From the NCBI GenBank assembly GCA_963792585.1, contig CAWBWI010000001.1, forward strand, positions 1,760,001 to 1,824,000: DNA of 64,000 nucleotides. The letters are read 5' to 3'. Positions within the stretch are counted from its first letter, which is position 1; every line of letters begins with the position of its first letter. Made by a program: the position numbers and the translations under genes. Positions 1-11,600 of this stretch are shown one piece after another. Under the pieces are notes generated by a model, which was given only the letters and a program-made list of their open reading frames with translations, was not told where the DNA came from and did not search any database. This stretch comes from Candidatus Eiseniibacteriota bacterium (lineage in GTDB: Bacteria > Eisenbacteria > RBG-16-71-46 > CAIMUX01 > VGJL01).

Positions 1-372
1 TCCCTTGGCGTCCAACTCGGCCAGCATCGCTTGCTGCTCGGGGGTGCCCTTGGCTCTGTCCATGTACATGGACATCTGTTGAGCGGCTGCGTTTGAGTTA
101 TCGAAGGTATACGTCGCCTCGTACGACATCCGAAACATCTCTCCGGCGCCGATGGACTCCGGGACCATCCCTTCGCTGAATTCGCTCACGTACGCGAACT
201 TGAACTCATAGCCATTGCGGGCGGCGGGCAGCGCGCTCTGAATGGTGTTGCGCACGGCTGCGAAGGTCGACGCCTCAGCCTCTGTCATCTTTCTCTCGGG
301 ACCGACTCCATCGGCAAGCGCGGGGGATCCTAGAACGAGGAAGCAGAAGAGGAAGACGAGCGAGCGCCTCAT
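1..372 (-). CDS. Secreted hypothetical protein, 3' end runs off the window edge
   Basis: Manual translation from ATG at 372: MRRSLVFLFCFLVLGSPALADGVGPERK..., open to position 1. Signal peptide ending ALA-D; purine-rich upstream sequence. Not in the ORF track. Confidence 0.7.
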   Translation of the reverse strand, partial: MRRSLVFLFCFLVLGSPALADGVGPERKMTEAEASTFAAVRNTIQSALPAARNGYEFKFAYVSEFSEGMVPESIGAGEMFRMSYEATYTFDNSNAAAQQMSMYMDRAKGTPEQQAMLAELDAKG

Positions 373-841
373 CGCGATATCCCTTTCCCCCGCGACCGCA
401 TTGCGGGTGAGCAGTCTTGAAGTCTCCGGATCAGGCTCGATGCACATCGCACGGCGGGATCCTGATCTCCGCCTCGTAGTTAGTTGCCGAACGGGATTCT
501 CCGGGCACGCATCACGCGCTGTCAAGTCGAGAAGCAGCACCATCCCCACCGAGCAATCCCGCACCTCTGGCCCTTCATCAGTCCCACGCGCCTGTCGCTT
601 CGGGAACTCCACCCGACTTGATACGAGTGGGGTCATACCGCTCATGATGAAGATCGGGCAACGCGAACGATGTTGGCGGGAGGAGCAGGTTGCAAGCGCA
701 TCCGTGGCGCACGATAGCGCAAGATCCTCCCCATCGCCTAGGGGTCAGTCGGAGACGTGAGCACGGACATCGGCCCGGCCGGGTATCCCGCTTGCTCCTC
801 TTTCCGTGGTCCTGGGGCTGGACCAAGCGTAGCATGCGGCT

Positions 842-1237
842 ATGAACAGACTGATCCACTCCAAGGCCGCCTTGTGGACCCTCACGGTCTTGCCCGCAGT
901 CGGGCTGTTCCAGGCGGGTGCGGGTAAGCTCATCCACCGCTCGGTCTGGGTGGAGAACTTCGAACGATGGGGCTATCCGGGCTGGTTCTGGCTGGCCATC
1001 GGTGCACTGGAGGTGGTTTCCGGGACGGCCTTGCTTGTTCCGCGGGCCGCCTCGGCCGCCGCGATCGTTCTCGCGGTAACCATGGTTTGCGCCTTGGCTA
1101 CCTTCTTCCACGCCGGTGAGGCGCCGCGGATGCTGGGTCCCCTTCTGGTTCTGCCGTTTCTGTGCGCCGTCGCCTACATCCGGCGGTCGGGCATGGTCCC
1201 GATCCTCTCCGCGCTGGGGCTGAAGAACTCGGGCTGA
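842..1237 (+). CDS. DoxX-like family membrane protein
   Basis: 131 aa, about 4 hydrophobic segments, 'AGAGKL...FERWGYPGWF...IGALEV' pattern typical of DoxX_2 proteins. Confidence 0.8.
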   Translation: MNRLIHSKAALWTLTVLPAVGLFQAGAGKLIHRSVWVENFERWGYPGWFWLAIGALEVVSGTALLVPRAASAAAIVLAVTMVCALATFFHAGEAPRMLGPLLVLPFLCAVAYIRRSGMVPILSALGLKNSG

Positions 1238-1496
1238 TCTGCGGCCTGGTTGCCTAAGAGATCATCCAAATCCAGCTGAACTGAAGCGCCTGCCCCTTTG
1301 AGGCGCCGCGAACAGGGCGCGTACGATGGCGGGAACCACGACGGTGAATCCATCGCGCGTCCAGCGCCGACTGAGGTCATGGCAACGTGGCCGAGAATCT
1401 CAAGAGGGACGGCGATCGGACGGCCCGAGGCTGCTATACTCTTTCCAGCAAGATTCTGCCTGCACGGGTTCTCGGTTCCTGAAAGGAGCGCCCGCC

Positions 1497-3551
1497 ATGC
1501 GCCGCCACACTGCCCGCCTTGCCTCCGGCCTCGCCATCCGCATCAGCAGTGCGACCCTGATCGCATCCCTGGCGATCGCGGCCCTTGCCGTCCCCCTGAC
1601 GGGACGAGCCGCTCGCGCTCCCGGTGATCCGCCGCCGATCCCGACGGCGGAAGCGCGGGAGGCGTTCATTCGGGCGCACGAGGCAGGTCTTCAGCCGTGG
1701 TCGGAAGAGTCCCTCAGAGCGGTGCACGACGAGTACGACGTGATTCACTACGATGTCGACCTGCGCCTCGACATCCCGGCACGAACGATTTACGGGGTGG
1801 TTACAGTCGACGCCACGGCCGAGGTCGCGAACCTCCTCGTGTTCCCCATCGACCTCTTCTCGCCCATGGTCGTCGACTCGGTCAGGGTGGATGGCGCCCC
1901 CGCGACCTTCACCCACGCGAGCAGCGTCATCAGGGTGAACTTGCCGCACGCGCTGCAACCCGAGGACCCCGTGACCCTGCGGGTCACCTACCACGGCCGC
2001 CCCTCGTACACGGGGGCGCCCTTTCGATGGACCACCCACGGGGCCAGCATACCCATGGTGCTGTCCTATTCCGAGCCCTACGGCGCGCCGGCCTGGTGGG
2101 TCTGCAAGGACGATCCCAAGGACAAGGCGACCTTCTCGATCCACGTGACCGCCCCCGACAGCCTTTTCACGGTCTCGAACGGCATCCTCGCCTCCGTCGT
2201 CAACAACGGCAATGGGACGGCCACCTGTAATTGGACCCACGATTACCCGATGTCGACCTACCTCTTCTCCATCGCGACCACGGACTTCGAGCACTGGACC
2301 GAGGTCTACACGGCCCTCGATAACACCACCACCATGGATGTCGACTACTACGTTTTTCCCGAGGACCGCGCCGACGCCGAGATCGACTGGAGCGGCAACA
2401 TCCAGATGATGGAGTACTACGCGAGCATCTTCGGCGAGTATCCATTCCTTCGGGAGAAGTACGCGATCGCCGAGTTCCAGCACCCGGGGGCGATGGAGCA
2501 TCAGACGGCAACGAGCATGGGCTATGCGTGGATCACCGGGAACAACGTGAACGACTCCGTCGTCGCGCACGAGCTCTCCCACATGTGGGTGGGGGACATG
2601 ATCACGATGCGCCTGTGGAGCCACGCATGGACGAAGGAGGGGTTCGCGACCCTTTGCGAGGCGCTGTATTTCGAGAATCTCTACGGCGAGGACTACTACC
2701 ACGAGTATATGGAGAGCATGAACATCCTCTACTACGCCGCGCGCCAGATCTACAACATCAACCCGCCGCTCGACGGGACGATCTACTACAAGGGGGCATG
2801 GGTCCTCCACATGCTGCGGCATGTAATCGGCGACGCCGCGTTCTTCGCCGGCTGCTATGGCTACACGAACGATTCCGACCTGATGTACGGCAACAATCTC
2901 ACCGAGGACTTGCGCGACGCCTTCGAGGTCGCCTCAGGTATGGATCTCGACTGGTTCTTCCAGGAGTGGATCTACTCTCCTGGGTATCCCCAGTTCAGGA
3001 TGTTCTGGAACTCGGCCCCCGGAGGTGGCGGCTACAACGTCAACCTCGTCCTCAAGCAAGATCAGACGGTCGGCCCGATCTTCAAAATGCCCATCGACGT
3101 GCGAATTGAAACCCAGGCGGGCGACCAGACCTTCGTCGTTTGGGACTCGCTCCAGACGCAGTCCTTCGTCCTGAACGTGGCGGCGCCACCGAACCGGGTG
3201 GTCCTCGATCCGGATGACTGGTCGATCAAGGAAGTCCTGAACGAGTCCGCCGTCCAGGATGCCGCGACGAACCCGACGGGCCCAGCCCTCTGGTGCATGC
3301 CAAACCCCTTCGATCGGTTCACGACCATCGGCTTCTCGATGGTCGAGGCAGGTCCGGTGCGTCTCCGAGTCTTCGATCTTTCGGGAAGGCTCGTGCGCTC
3401 GCTGCTCGACCAGCGCCTCGGACCGGGTGAGCATCGGGTGGCTTGGGACGGGCGCGGTGAGGATGGATCGCTCTTGCCCTCCGGGATGTACCTGCAGCGC
3501 CTGGACCGCGACGGTCGATCCAGTTACTCGCGCGTCCTGCGTATTCGGTGA
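1497..3551 (+). CDS. Secreted M1-family zinc aminopeptidase with C-terminal FlgD-Ig/T9SS-type domain
   Basis: GAMEH motif, HELSH followed by the downstream Glu of KEGFA, YYKGAWVLHMLR. C-terminal PNPF...FDLSGRLVR...WDG...SGMY. Start chosen at the ATG after AAGGAG. Confidence 0.9.
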   Translation: MRRHTARLASGLAIRISSATLIASLAIAALAVPLTGRAARAPGDPPPIPTAEAREAFIRAHEAGLQPWSEESLRAVHDEYDVIHYDVDLRLDIPARTIYGVVTVDATAEVANLLVFPIDLFSPMVVDSVRVDGAPATFTHASSVIRVNLPHALQPEDPVTLRVTYHGRPSYTGAPFRWTTHGASIPMVLSYSEPYGAPAWWVCKDDPKDKATFSIHVTAPDSLFTVSNGILASVVNNGNGTATCNWTHDYPMSTYLFSIATTDFEHWTEVYTALDNTTTMDVDYYVFPEDRADAEIDWSGNIQMMEYYASIFGEYPFLREKYAIAEFQHPGAMEHQTATSMGYAWITGNNVNDSVVAHELSHMWVGDMITMRLWSHAWTKEGFATLCEALYFENLYGEDYYHEYMESMNILYYAARQIYNINPPLDGTIYYKGAWVLHMLRHVIGDAAFFAGCYGYTNDSDLMYGNNLTEDLRDAFEVASGMDLDWFFQEWIYSPGYPQFRMFWNSAPGGGGYNVNLVLKQDQTVGPIFKMPIDVRIETQAGDQTFVVWDSLQTQSFVLNVAAPPNRVVLDPDDWSIKEVLNESAVQDAATNPTGPALWCMPNPFDRFTTIGFSMVEAGPVRLRVFDLSGRLVRSLLDQRLGPGEHRVAWDGRGEDGSLLPSGMYLQRLDRDGRSSYSRVLRIR

Positions 3552-3564
3552 TTCGATCCAAGGG

Positions 3565-3590
3565 CGGGGGGAAGGACGACCTTCCCCCCG
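3565..3590. terminator. Perfect 11-bp hairpin between convergent genes, probable terminator
   Basis: CGGGGGGAAGG-ACGA-CCTTCCCCCCG between the stops at 3551 and 3618. No long U-tract. Confidence 0.55.
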
Positions 3591-3617
3591 TATTCCGCGA
3601 GGACCCCGACTCCGATC

Positions 3618-6154
3618 TCAGTCGGGCAGTATGATGAGCGGACGCCGAACGCCAACGCGAAGCTGGGTTGTCCCATCGATGAGGGCGATCCTTCCCTCAT
3701 GCGCCCGTAGGATCCGCTGAACCTCATCGCCGACCTGGCACTCGCCGAAGCCTTCCAGAACCACAACCGTGAAACCAAGGTTGGGCAGGAGCACGTCGTT
3801 CAAGTTCACGCCGCCGGCTATGACGCCCGAAGCCCGTCGGTTTCTTGCTTCCGCCAAGAGCCCAGGGCGGGCATGGGCCGTGAATGTCACGCTCCCAGGC
3901 TCGATCCGATCGAAGACAAGCGGGCCCCATGCCTCCCCGCCTGCCCCCCACACACCGTGGATGATCACGCCTTCGGCGGTCACGACACACCCTCGGTCAT
4001 TCACCTCTCCCACGGTCCCCGGCAACCAGGCATGAATCTCCTTCTCTTCCAATAGGGGTTCGATATCGATGGTCCCCGCGGCGACGTCGATGCGAGCGAC
4101 CTTGCCGCGCACGGGAGACTTCAAGAGCCGCAACACGCCTGGCCTTACGATGGCGGCGAGCCACTGGTCTCTCTCCACCTCGTCCCCCACATCGACCCTG
4201 AGGTAGAGCGGGAGCTGACGAGGCGCAATATCGAGATCCTCCGCTGCTTTGACCCTCGTGATCTCTCGACCGCGTCCTGGCTTCTCGCGCAGCACGACGA
4301 CGCCGGACGACAGAATTTCTCAACACGGCCCTCGACCTGCGAGTGAAAGGTCTGGTCCATCCCGAGTCTCCGCGGTCGACTCGCAATCACGTCCTGGTAA
4401 TCGACCTCGTCGCCCACCTTGACCGTCAGGTATGCAGGCAGATCCGCAGGCGGCACGCGCATGATCTGAGCAACGTGGAGGAAGAATGGCCGGAGGAATT
4501 CGCGCGTGCTGCGGCCGACCACCGTGTCAGGGGTCACCGTGTCCCCCGGCTTGACGAATACCTCGCCGGGGATGGCAAGTTCGCGGCGCAGGCTGATCGG
4601 CCCGTGAGTCATGCGAGGCTCCGACGTCGCGACGACACGGCGTGGTGTGGGAACGTACTCCGCGGCATCCCCCATCCCCCGGGCGGCCGCCTCCTTGACG
4701 TTCCCGAGCCGGACAATGCCGACCGTGTCGAACAACTCCTGGGCCAGTTCGGGGTTGACGGTGCTCAGCACGCCGAGATGCGGGAGCATGAACGAGCTGT
4801 CCACCGCGAGTTCCACACCGGGATCGGGGTGCAGGGCATCGACAAGGATCGTGACTGCGGCGGACCGGGGCGAATGCGATAGGATTCCGCCACTGCCGAC
4901 GATCAGCCCGTAGTCCTTGAGTTTGTATGCTTTCCGGGTGAGGAGCCCGCCGGGCGGTTCGTGCACGCTCGTGTTGACGTCCAAACCGTCTCTCGCATGA
5001 GAATGAGAGCTGGCCGCCATGACCTGCAAGTGTGCGCGCACGGCCTCTCGGATGGCGACGGTAGCCAAAGCCCATTCGACCCGCATGTCCCGATTGGTCT
5101 CGGCCAGGCGGGTCGGGTTGATGTACTTGTTCCCGACGCGATTCCAGACGTCGGTCTCATCGTCGTCGGATTCTAGGAACTCGCGCACCGGGCTGAGCCC
5201 GCCCGATTCCGCGACATTCAGGATGCTGTAACTCAAACCCAGATTGGCGCTCACCGTTCGAAAGACCCTCCCCTCCTCAGCGGTGAAGACGTCCGTCGTG
5301 GCGCCGCCAACATCGACTGCGAGGATTCGAGTCTTCAGCTTCTGGGATGCCAGCTCGAGGATCCTCCCGAAGGCAGCCGGAGTGGGCAGGATCGGCGCGC
5401 TCGTCCAGTCCCGCAGACTGTCATACCCCGGGGCCTGTGACATGACGTGTTCCATGAAGAGCTTCTGAATGGCCTCCCTGGCGGGCTCGTAGTATTCCAG
5501 ATCGCCCGTGGGGCGGATATTCGCCACCGGGTAGTAGATGAAGCGATCAAGGAGAACGTCGCGAATATGCTGCTCGGCGCGGGCATTGCCGGCATAGATG
5601 AGCGGCACCTTTGCCTGAGAGCTTCGTTTGGGTCGCAGGCCGCTCTCAACCAGAAGTTCGGCAAGGAAAACCGGACCGGCCAGGGCATCGCCGTCGAAGC
5701 CGCCGGCGAGGAGGATCATGTCGGGCCGCAGGCGTTTCAGGTCCTCGATCTTCCTGTATGGGCTGCGACCATCATTCATGGCGAGCGTTTCCAGAACGAT
5801 CGCGCCCGCGCCCAAGGCCACACGATCCGCGCTCTCGGCCGTGATCTCCCGGACCAGGCCGGCCACAACCATGGCCAGGCCTCCGCCCGCGCTCGACGTC
5901 GAGAGTAAGGGGACCGTCGGCCTGCCATCCACGAGCAGCGTCTCACCGGAGACTCGCTCGAGCGACGTCAGGGCCGCGGTCACCCCGACCATGACGTCCT
6001 CGTCCGGCTGCTCGACCGTGGTCGGGACCTCTTCGTAGAAGTAGTGCCAGTTCGGGTCGCGCCGGAAGAGAATCGCCTTGGTGGTGGTGCTGCCCACGTC
6101 TGTGATGCAGAACTTCCCGGCGTCGAAAACGGCCTTATCAATGGTCTCCGACAT
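3618..6154 (-). CDS. GlmL/MutL-like (glutamate mutase reactivase-type ASKHA ATPase) fused to a C-terminal hypothetical domain; one frameshift near 4316
   Basis: ITDVGSTTTKA, SSAGGGL, LLAGGFDG and VDVGGATTDVF motifs. Adding one A to the run at 4316-4318 joins ...EGRVEK to ILSSGVVVLREK of the 3618..4295 ORF. Start MSETID follows GGGAGG. Confidence 0.75.
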
Positions 6155-6458
6155 GTCAGCCTCCCTCCCAAGCAAGCTACGCAACTCACGGTCTCTATCC
6201 GGCCGCCGAATGGCGGACCGGGTACCGATTGTCCACGTGGATCCGGCGCACTTGAGGATAGTCCGGTGGAACCCCTGGGGCCACAGGCGATTCGTGCGAC
6301 ACGATCCGCTCGCAGTTCCCAAGTAATAGGAGCCCCGATGGCTTCCACCACCGAGGCTCCGTTCGACCCCTTCGCAAAGCTGGTCGCGTGTACCGCTTTG
6401 CAGCCAAGCGCTTGCGGACAGCCGCAGTCCACGTGGCCTGCGCATGCAGGCACAGAGA

Positions 6459-7688
6459 CTACCGACTCAGGACCACCGAGCGCGTCACCAGGTGTCCATC
6501 CACCCGCAGTGCCGTGAAGTAAATCCCCGAAGGCAGATTCTGACTGTGGAAGGCCACCGTGTGATCCCCCGCGTTCATCGGGCCGTCAACGAGCGTGCTC
6601 ACGAGTTGGCCGCTGGCGTTGTAGATGTGGAGCTTCACATCCTCGTTCGCAGGGACCGCGAACCGGATCTCGGTCGTGCCGCGGAACGGGTTTGGGGTAG
6701 CACCTATGAACGCGACACCCCCCACCGGTGCGAAGTCGCCTTGATTCCCATTGGAAGTGAGCCCGACCATCGGCCCGTCAGGACTGAATGCCGCATCGAG
6801 CAGATGAGGCCGGTACATCGGCACAAGGGTGTCCATGCGGTCGTCCTGGCCAGGAGTGAACTCCGTCCTGCAGATATCGGCGGTGTAGTCCATGTAGTTA
6901 TGGATTGGGTCTAGGCCTTCCGACGGGCATGAGTCCCTTCCATCCGGGCAGTACGTATTCGCTGAGGTGCCCTCATCCGGAGTATCGCTCACGTTGTCAC
7001 CGGGCGGGGTGCAGCCGCCTTGGAACGTGTGGTAAAGACCCAGATAGTGGCCGACCTCGTGGACGCCGATGTCACCGCTGTTGTTGTAGATGTAGGAGCC
7101 GCCGGGCAGGTAACCATACTGAATGACGACCCCGGTCCAGTAGTCGCCCTCTGGAAAGGTCCACGGAAATGTCCCCCAACTGGCGAGCGAGGCGGGCTCG
7201 CAGGTGTAGATGTTCAGGCGATGAATGACATCGATGGCGAGGGCGCGCTTGGCCTGGCGCTCCTCTGTCGAGCCCATGTTCATCTTGAACCAACGACGAT
7301 TGTTGGTGCGATCGACGCTTGCGAGCGAGAACGTGTACCCGGTATTCGCGCCGCCGGGAACCCCTGCAAAAGCGGAATTCAGGACATTGATTTGTTCGTC
7401 GATCTGCGACTGCGGAATATTCCCTTTGGCACCGTCGTAGATGACGTGCCAGGCGATCTTGATGTTGCCTCCTAGCGCCGCCGCTGCGCCGTTCCGGGAG
7501 ATCCAGTTCGCAACCTGCTCTTGAACGCCTTGTTGCTCTTCGCGGCTGACTTCCGGAGCGCCGCAGAAGCTCTCGATGGCTCGCGAGCCGCCATGGGTGT
7601 CAGCCGGCGGCGCGGCCTGCGCGTGAAGCTGTGAAGAGAAGGCGAACCCAACGATCACGATGAACAAACACGAGAATTTGTATCGCAT
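6459..7688 (-). CDS. Secreted M43 (pappalysin/ulilysin-like) zinc metalloprotease with C-terminal sorting domain
   Basis: HEVGHYLGLYH zinc motif, HNYMDY Met-turn, signal peptide MRYKFSCLFIVIVGFAFSSQLHA after GGAGG, C-terminal PNPF...IYNASGQLV...SGIY. Confidence 0.9.
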   Translation of the reverse strand: MRYKFSCLFIVIVGFAFSSQLHAQAAPPADTHGGSRAIESFCGAPEVSREEQQGVQEQVANWISRNGAAAALGGNIKIAWHVIYDGAKGNIPQSQIDEQINVLNSAFAGVPGGANTGYTFSLASVDRTNNRRWFKMNMGSTEERQAKRALAIDVIHRLNIYTCEPASLASWGTFPWTFPEGDYWTGVVIQYGYLPGGSYIYNNSGDIGVHEVGHYLGLYHTFQGGCTPPGDNVSDTPDEGTSANTYCPDGRDSCPSEGLDPIHNYMDYTADICRTEFTPGQDDRMDTLVPMYRPHLLDAAFSPDGPMVGLTSNGNQGDFAPVGGVAFIGATPNPFRGTTEIRFAVPANEDVKLHIYNASGQLVSTLVDGPMNAGDHTVAFHSQNLPSGIYFTALRVDGHLVTRSVVLSR

Positions 7689-8627
7689 GGCCCCTCCAGA
7701 GATTTCGATGCTGGTTGTGAAACTCCCCCTCCTCGTCGACGCTCGACGAGTTCCCCCACCCGAACGGGAACAGGACACGCAGTAGAATGTGTGGGCCGAG
7801 AGCGCCAGGCGCACTCCCACCAGACTGGAACGATCGGATCGCCCGATCCGGGCCTCGTGAGCGCAAGTCAACGGTCAGCCGGGCACTGGATGCGCCCCCA
7901 TTGGGCGCTCAGTATCGATACGAGCCAGCCGAGGAATCGCGGGGTCGCCACATTCGGTGCGGACCGGGGAAAGAACTGTCACTCGGGATCTCGGGAAAGC
8001 AAATGGGTACGGTCTCGCTTCGCCTGGCTACTACATGCTGGGCCATTTGCTGCCAGGTACATTAAGTTTGACTGATACACTAATCAAGTTGAATTCAATG
8101 ACAATGCTCAGAAACGGAAAGTTGTCGAAGTCAGCGACTTTGGACCGGAGCACGCATCAAGGGCTCATTGACGCATCGGCAAGCGACTTCAGATCGCGTT
8201 CCGGGGGCACAGCGAGACTCCCGTTCTCGCTGCCACCAACCGCGATTCCGCGAAGGCGCCAACGACTCCGTCCACCCTCCAGTGCGAATCAGAGCGATGC
8301 CGCCCTGCGCGCACTCGATGCAGCTCTCGCCGGGGAAGCCACTCACCGCGCACCCGCGCCGCCTACATCCACGGTTGAGGCAACCCACAGGATGGGTTAG
8401 CTTTGCGTAGTTTGGACCGCGGGACGGTCGGCGCAGGGAGGGCCACGCTGTCACTCGGTATGCACCTCGGCCCGGGCAGATCGACAACGGGATCCCGTCC
8501 GGCTCAGCCCGTGGGGCGGACCCCGAGAGCCGCTTCAATTACTGTGTGCACGATCGCCCCCCGTTGCTCCGCCCCTGTTGGGTCCCCTCGGCTTCCCATC
8601 TGACCGAAAGGATGGTCTGAGACAGGA

Positions 8628-11600
8628 ATGATGCTCCCAGCAGGCTTCCGCATAGTGTCGCCTCGTGTCGAAAACCCATGCGGCGCGAGTTGGCCCACCC
8701 GTCTCCCAAGCACCTTTCGGGTCAGCCTGTTCCTCCTCCTCGCGATCACCCTCCTCGTCTCTTGTGGCGAGGATGGGCCGTCCAAGCCCGAGCCTGAGGT
8801 CAAGTGCGCGACACCAATCTTCGCTCCCCTACCCGGGACGTTCGCGGCGGCGACGAATGTGACGATTACCTGCGCCACGGTCGGTGCCACAATTCGCTAC
8901 ACGACCGACGGAACGACGCCGGTGGAGGCCTCGCCGCTCTACACCCATCCCGTGGCCATCGCGGCGACCTCCACGCTCGAGGCCCGCGCATGGCGGGACG
9001 GCTTCGACCCGAGCGATGTGGCGACGGGGATCTACACGATCACCGGTGGCTCGTGCAGCATCGGCGTGACGGCTCCAAACGGTGGGGAGCAGTGGATCCT
9101 CGGCACCGCGCAGACGATCGCCTGGGGCAGCAACCAGTGCGGCCCGAACGTGAAGATCGAATTGCTGCGCGAGGGCGCCTCCTGCCTGACGATCGCCGAG
9201 AGTACACCCAACGATGGGGATTACGAATGGACCGCGGCTCGCTGCGGAGGCGTCTCCTTCGACTACGAGGTCCGCGTCACGGATCTGACGAGCGGCTTCC
9301 AGGACACGAGCAATGACCCGTTCGAGATCGTGGAGAGCTGCGCGGTCCAGGTTCTCTCCCCCAACGGCGGCGAGACGTGGACGGTCGGGACCTCGCACGA
9401 CATCGCCTGGGCGTCGCGCGAAGCATGTGGAACCGACGTTCGCATCGAGCTTCTCCTCGCCGGTATCCCGTGCGACACCCTGGCCGAGGCGACGGAGAAC
9501 GACGGCAGCTTCGCCTGGGTCGCGGCGCGATGCGGCACGCCGACGAGCGGGTATTCCGTTCGCGTGACCGACCTGGATAGCGGCGTCACCGACCCGGGGG
9601 ACGCATCCTTCTCGCTCCCCGATCCCGCCTGCGACATCTCGGTCCTCGCACCCAACGGCGGAGAGTCGTGGGACGAGGGATCCGCGCAGGAAATCCGCTG
9701 GCGGGCGCTGGACTGCGGCCCGTCCGTGCGGATCGAAATGCTGCGCGCCGGAGATCTGTGCAAGACCATCGCGGACAGCACGGAGAATGACGGGAGCTTC
9801 GCGTGGACCGCGGATCGCTGCGGTTCGGTGAACGACGGCTACACGGTTCGCGTGACGGATCGCGCATCCTCTACAAACGACCTCAGCGACGACGCCTTCT
9901 CGATCCCGGGCCCTCCCTGCACGCTGACGATCCTCTCCCCCAACGGCGGCGAGAGCTGGGAAGAAGGGACGGATCACGAGATTACTTGGACATCCAACGC
10001 GTGCTCCCCCCCGCTCATCATCGATCTGTTTCACGGCGGGGAGCTCTGCCGAAGGCTCTCGGTCGGTGAGCCAACCGAGGGCACCTTCACCTGGAGAGTC
10101 GAGCGGTGCGGGGGCGCGACGGAAGGCTACACGATCCGCCTGGCAGGCTCGGGCGCAGTCGACACATGCGACGCGCCGTTCGCGATCACCCCGGCCGCGG
10201 TGCCGTGCGTGCTGACGGTCACCGCGCCGGAAGCGGGCGAGATCCTCTGGAAGGGCTCACGGGAGACGATCCGGTGGACGGCCTCGAACTGCGGCTCGCT
10301 CGCCCGTCTCGATTTGCTCTGCAATGGAGTCGTCTGTGGCCAGATCACTGACGGCACCGGCAACGCGGGTTTCTATGAGTGGCCGGTGTTCGATTGCTGC
10401 GCGGACACATGCGCCCACTCGATCCGCGTGACCGACCTCGCAAGCAACAATCCGGCGGAGAGCGCAACGTTCTGCATCCGCACCTGCACGGTGGCCGTTA
10501 CGTCGCCGGCCGGTCAAGACCAATGGACCGCGGGTGAAGAGCATACGATCGCCTGGAGCACGGAGGGGTGCGGGTCCGAGGTCCGGATCGAGCTGTGGAC
10601 GGAAGAGGAATCGCTCTGCCGCACGATCGCCGAGCGGACGGACAACGATGGCTCCTTCCCGTGGACCGTCGCATCGTGCCTCTACGACAACACGGGATAC
10701 CAGGTCGTCGTCGCCGATTTGACCAGCGGCTCTGCGGCGGCCTCGGAAGGATTCACCATCCTCGAACCGAATCCCTGCATCCTGAACGTCCTCTCCCCCA
10801 ACGGCGGCGAGCGGTGGCCGGCCGGATCGGTCCACCCGATCACCTGGAGCCGATCTGCCTGCGGCGCGAACGTCCGCATCGATCTCGTCCGGCAGGGGGC
10901 GGAATGCCTGACCCTGGCCGCGAGCTCGCCGAACTCGGGCTCGTTCGAGTGGACGGTCGCCGCCTGCGGGCCCGATTCGACCGACTACCGGATCGCGATC
11001 ACCGACATCGAATACGGCGTCTCGGATCAGAGCGATGCGGTCTTCGCGATTCCATCCTGTGAGATCGCTCTCGATGCGCCCGTGGGCGGCGAGCGCTGGC
11101 CCGACGGCTCCGAGCAGATGATCGCCTGGCATTCCTCCGGCGCGTGCGACGGCCCGGTGCGGATCGATCTGCGCTGCAACGATCAGGACTGCCGGACCAT
11201 CGCCGCGAGCACGGAAGACGACGGCGCCTTCGCATGGACGGTCGACGCCTGCTGCACGGCCCCTTGCGACCACCGGATCCGCGTCACGAACCTCGCTACG
11301 GGATCGTCCGTGGAAAGCCCGGCGGTCTTCTGCATCTGCCCGCCGTGCGCTCCAGCCGTCGTCGCACCGAACGGCGGCGAGAAATGGAAGGCAGGGACGG
11401 TGCGCGCGATCACTTGGAGCGCGGCGGACTGCGGCGCGTCGGTGACGATCGATTTGCTGCGGAACGGCCTGCCATGTCACACGATCGCCTCGGCAGCGCC
11501 AAACAACGGGTCCTACTCATGGACGGTCGAGGGCTGCGCGGGAGAACCCAATGGATACGCGATCCGCGTCACCGGCGTCTGCGACGCTGCCGACGAGAGC

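Noticed and set aside
8380..8420. Minus-strand 'CAAAC-TACGCAAAGC...GTTGCC' resembling a c-di-GMP-I riboswitch
   Set aside because: The GAAA-tetraloop stem and receptor stem are missing; only short motif matches.
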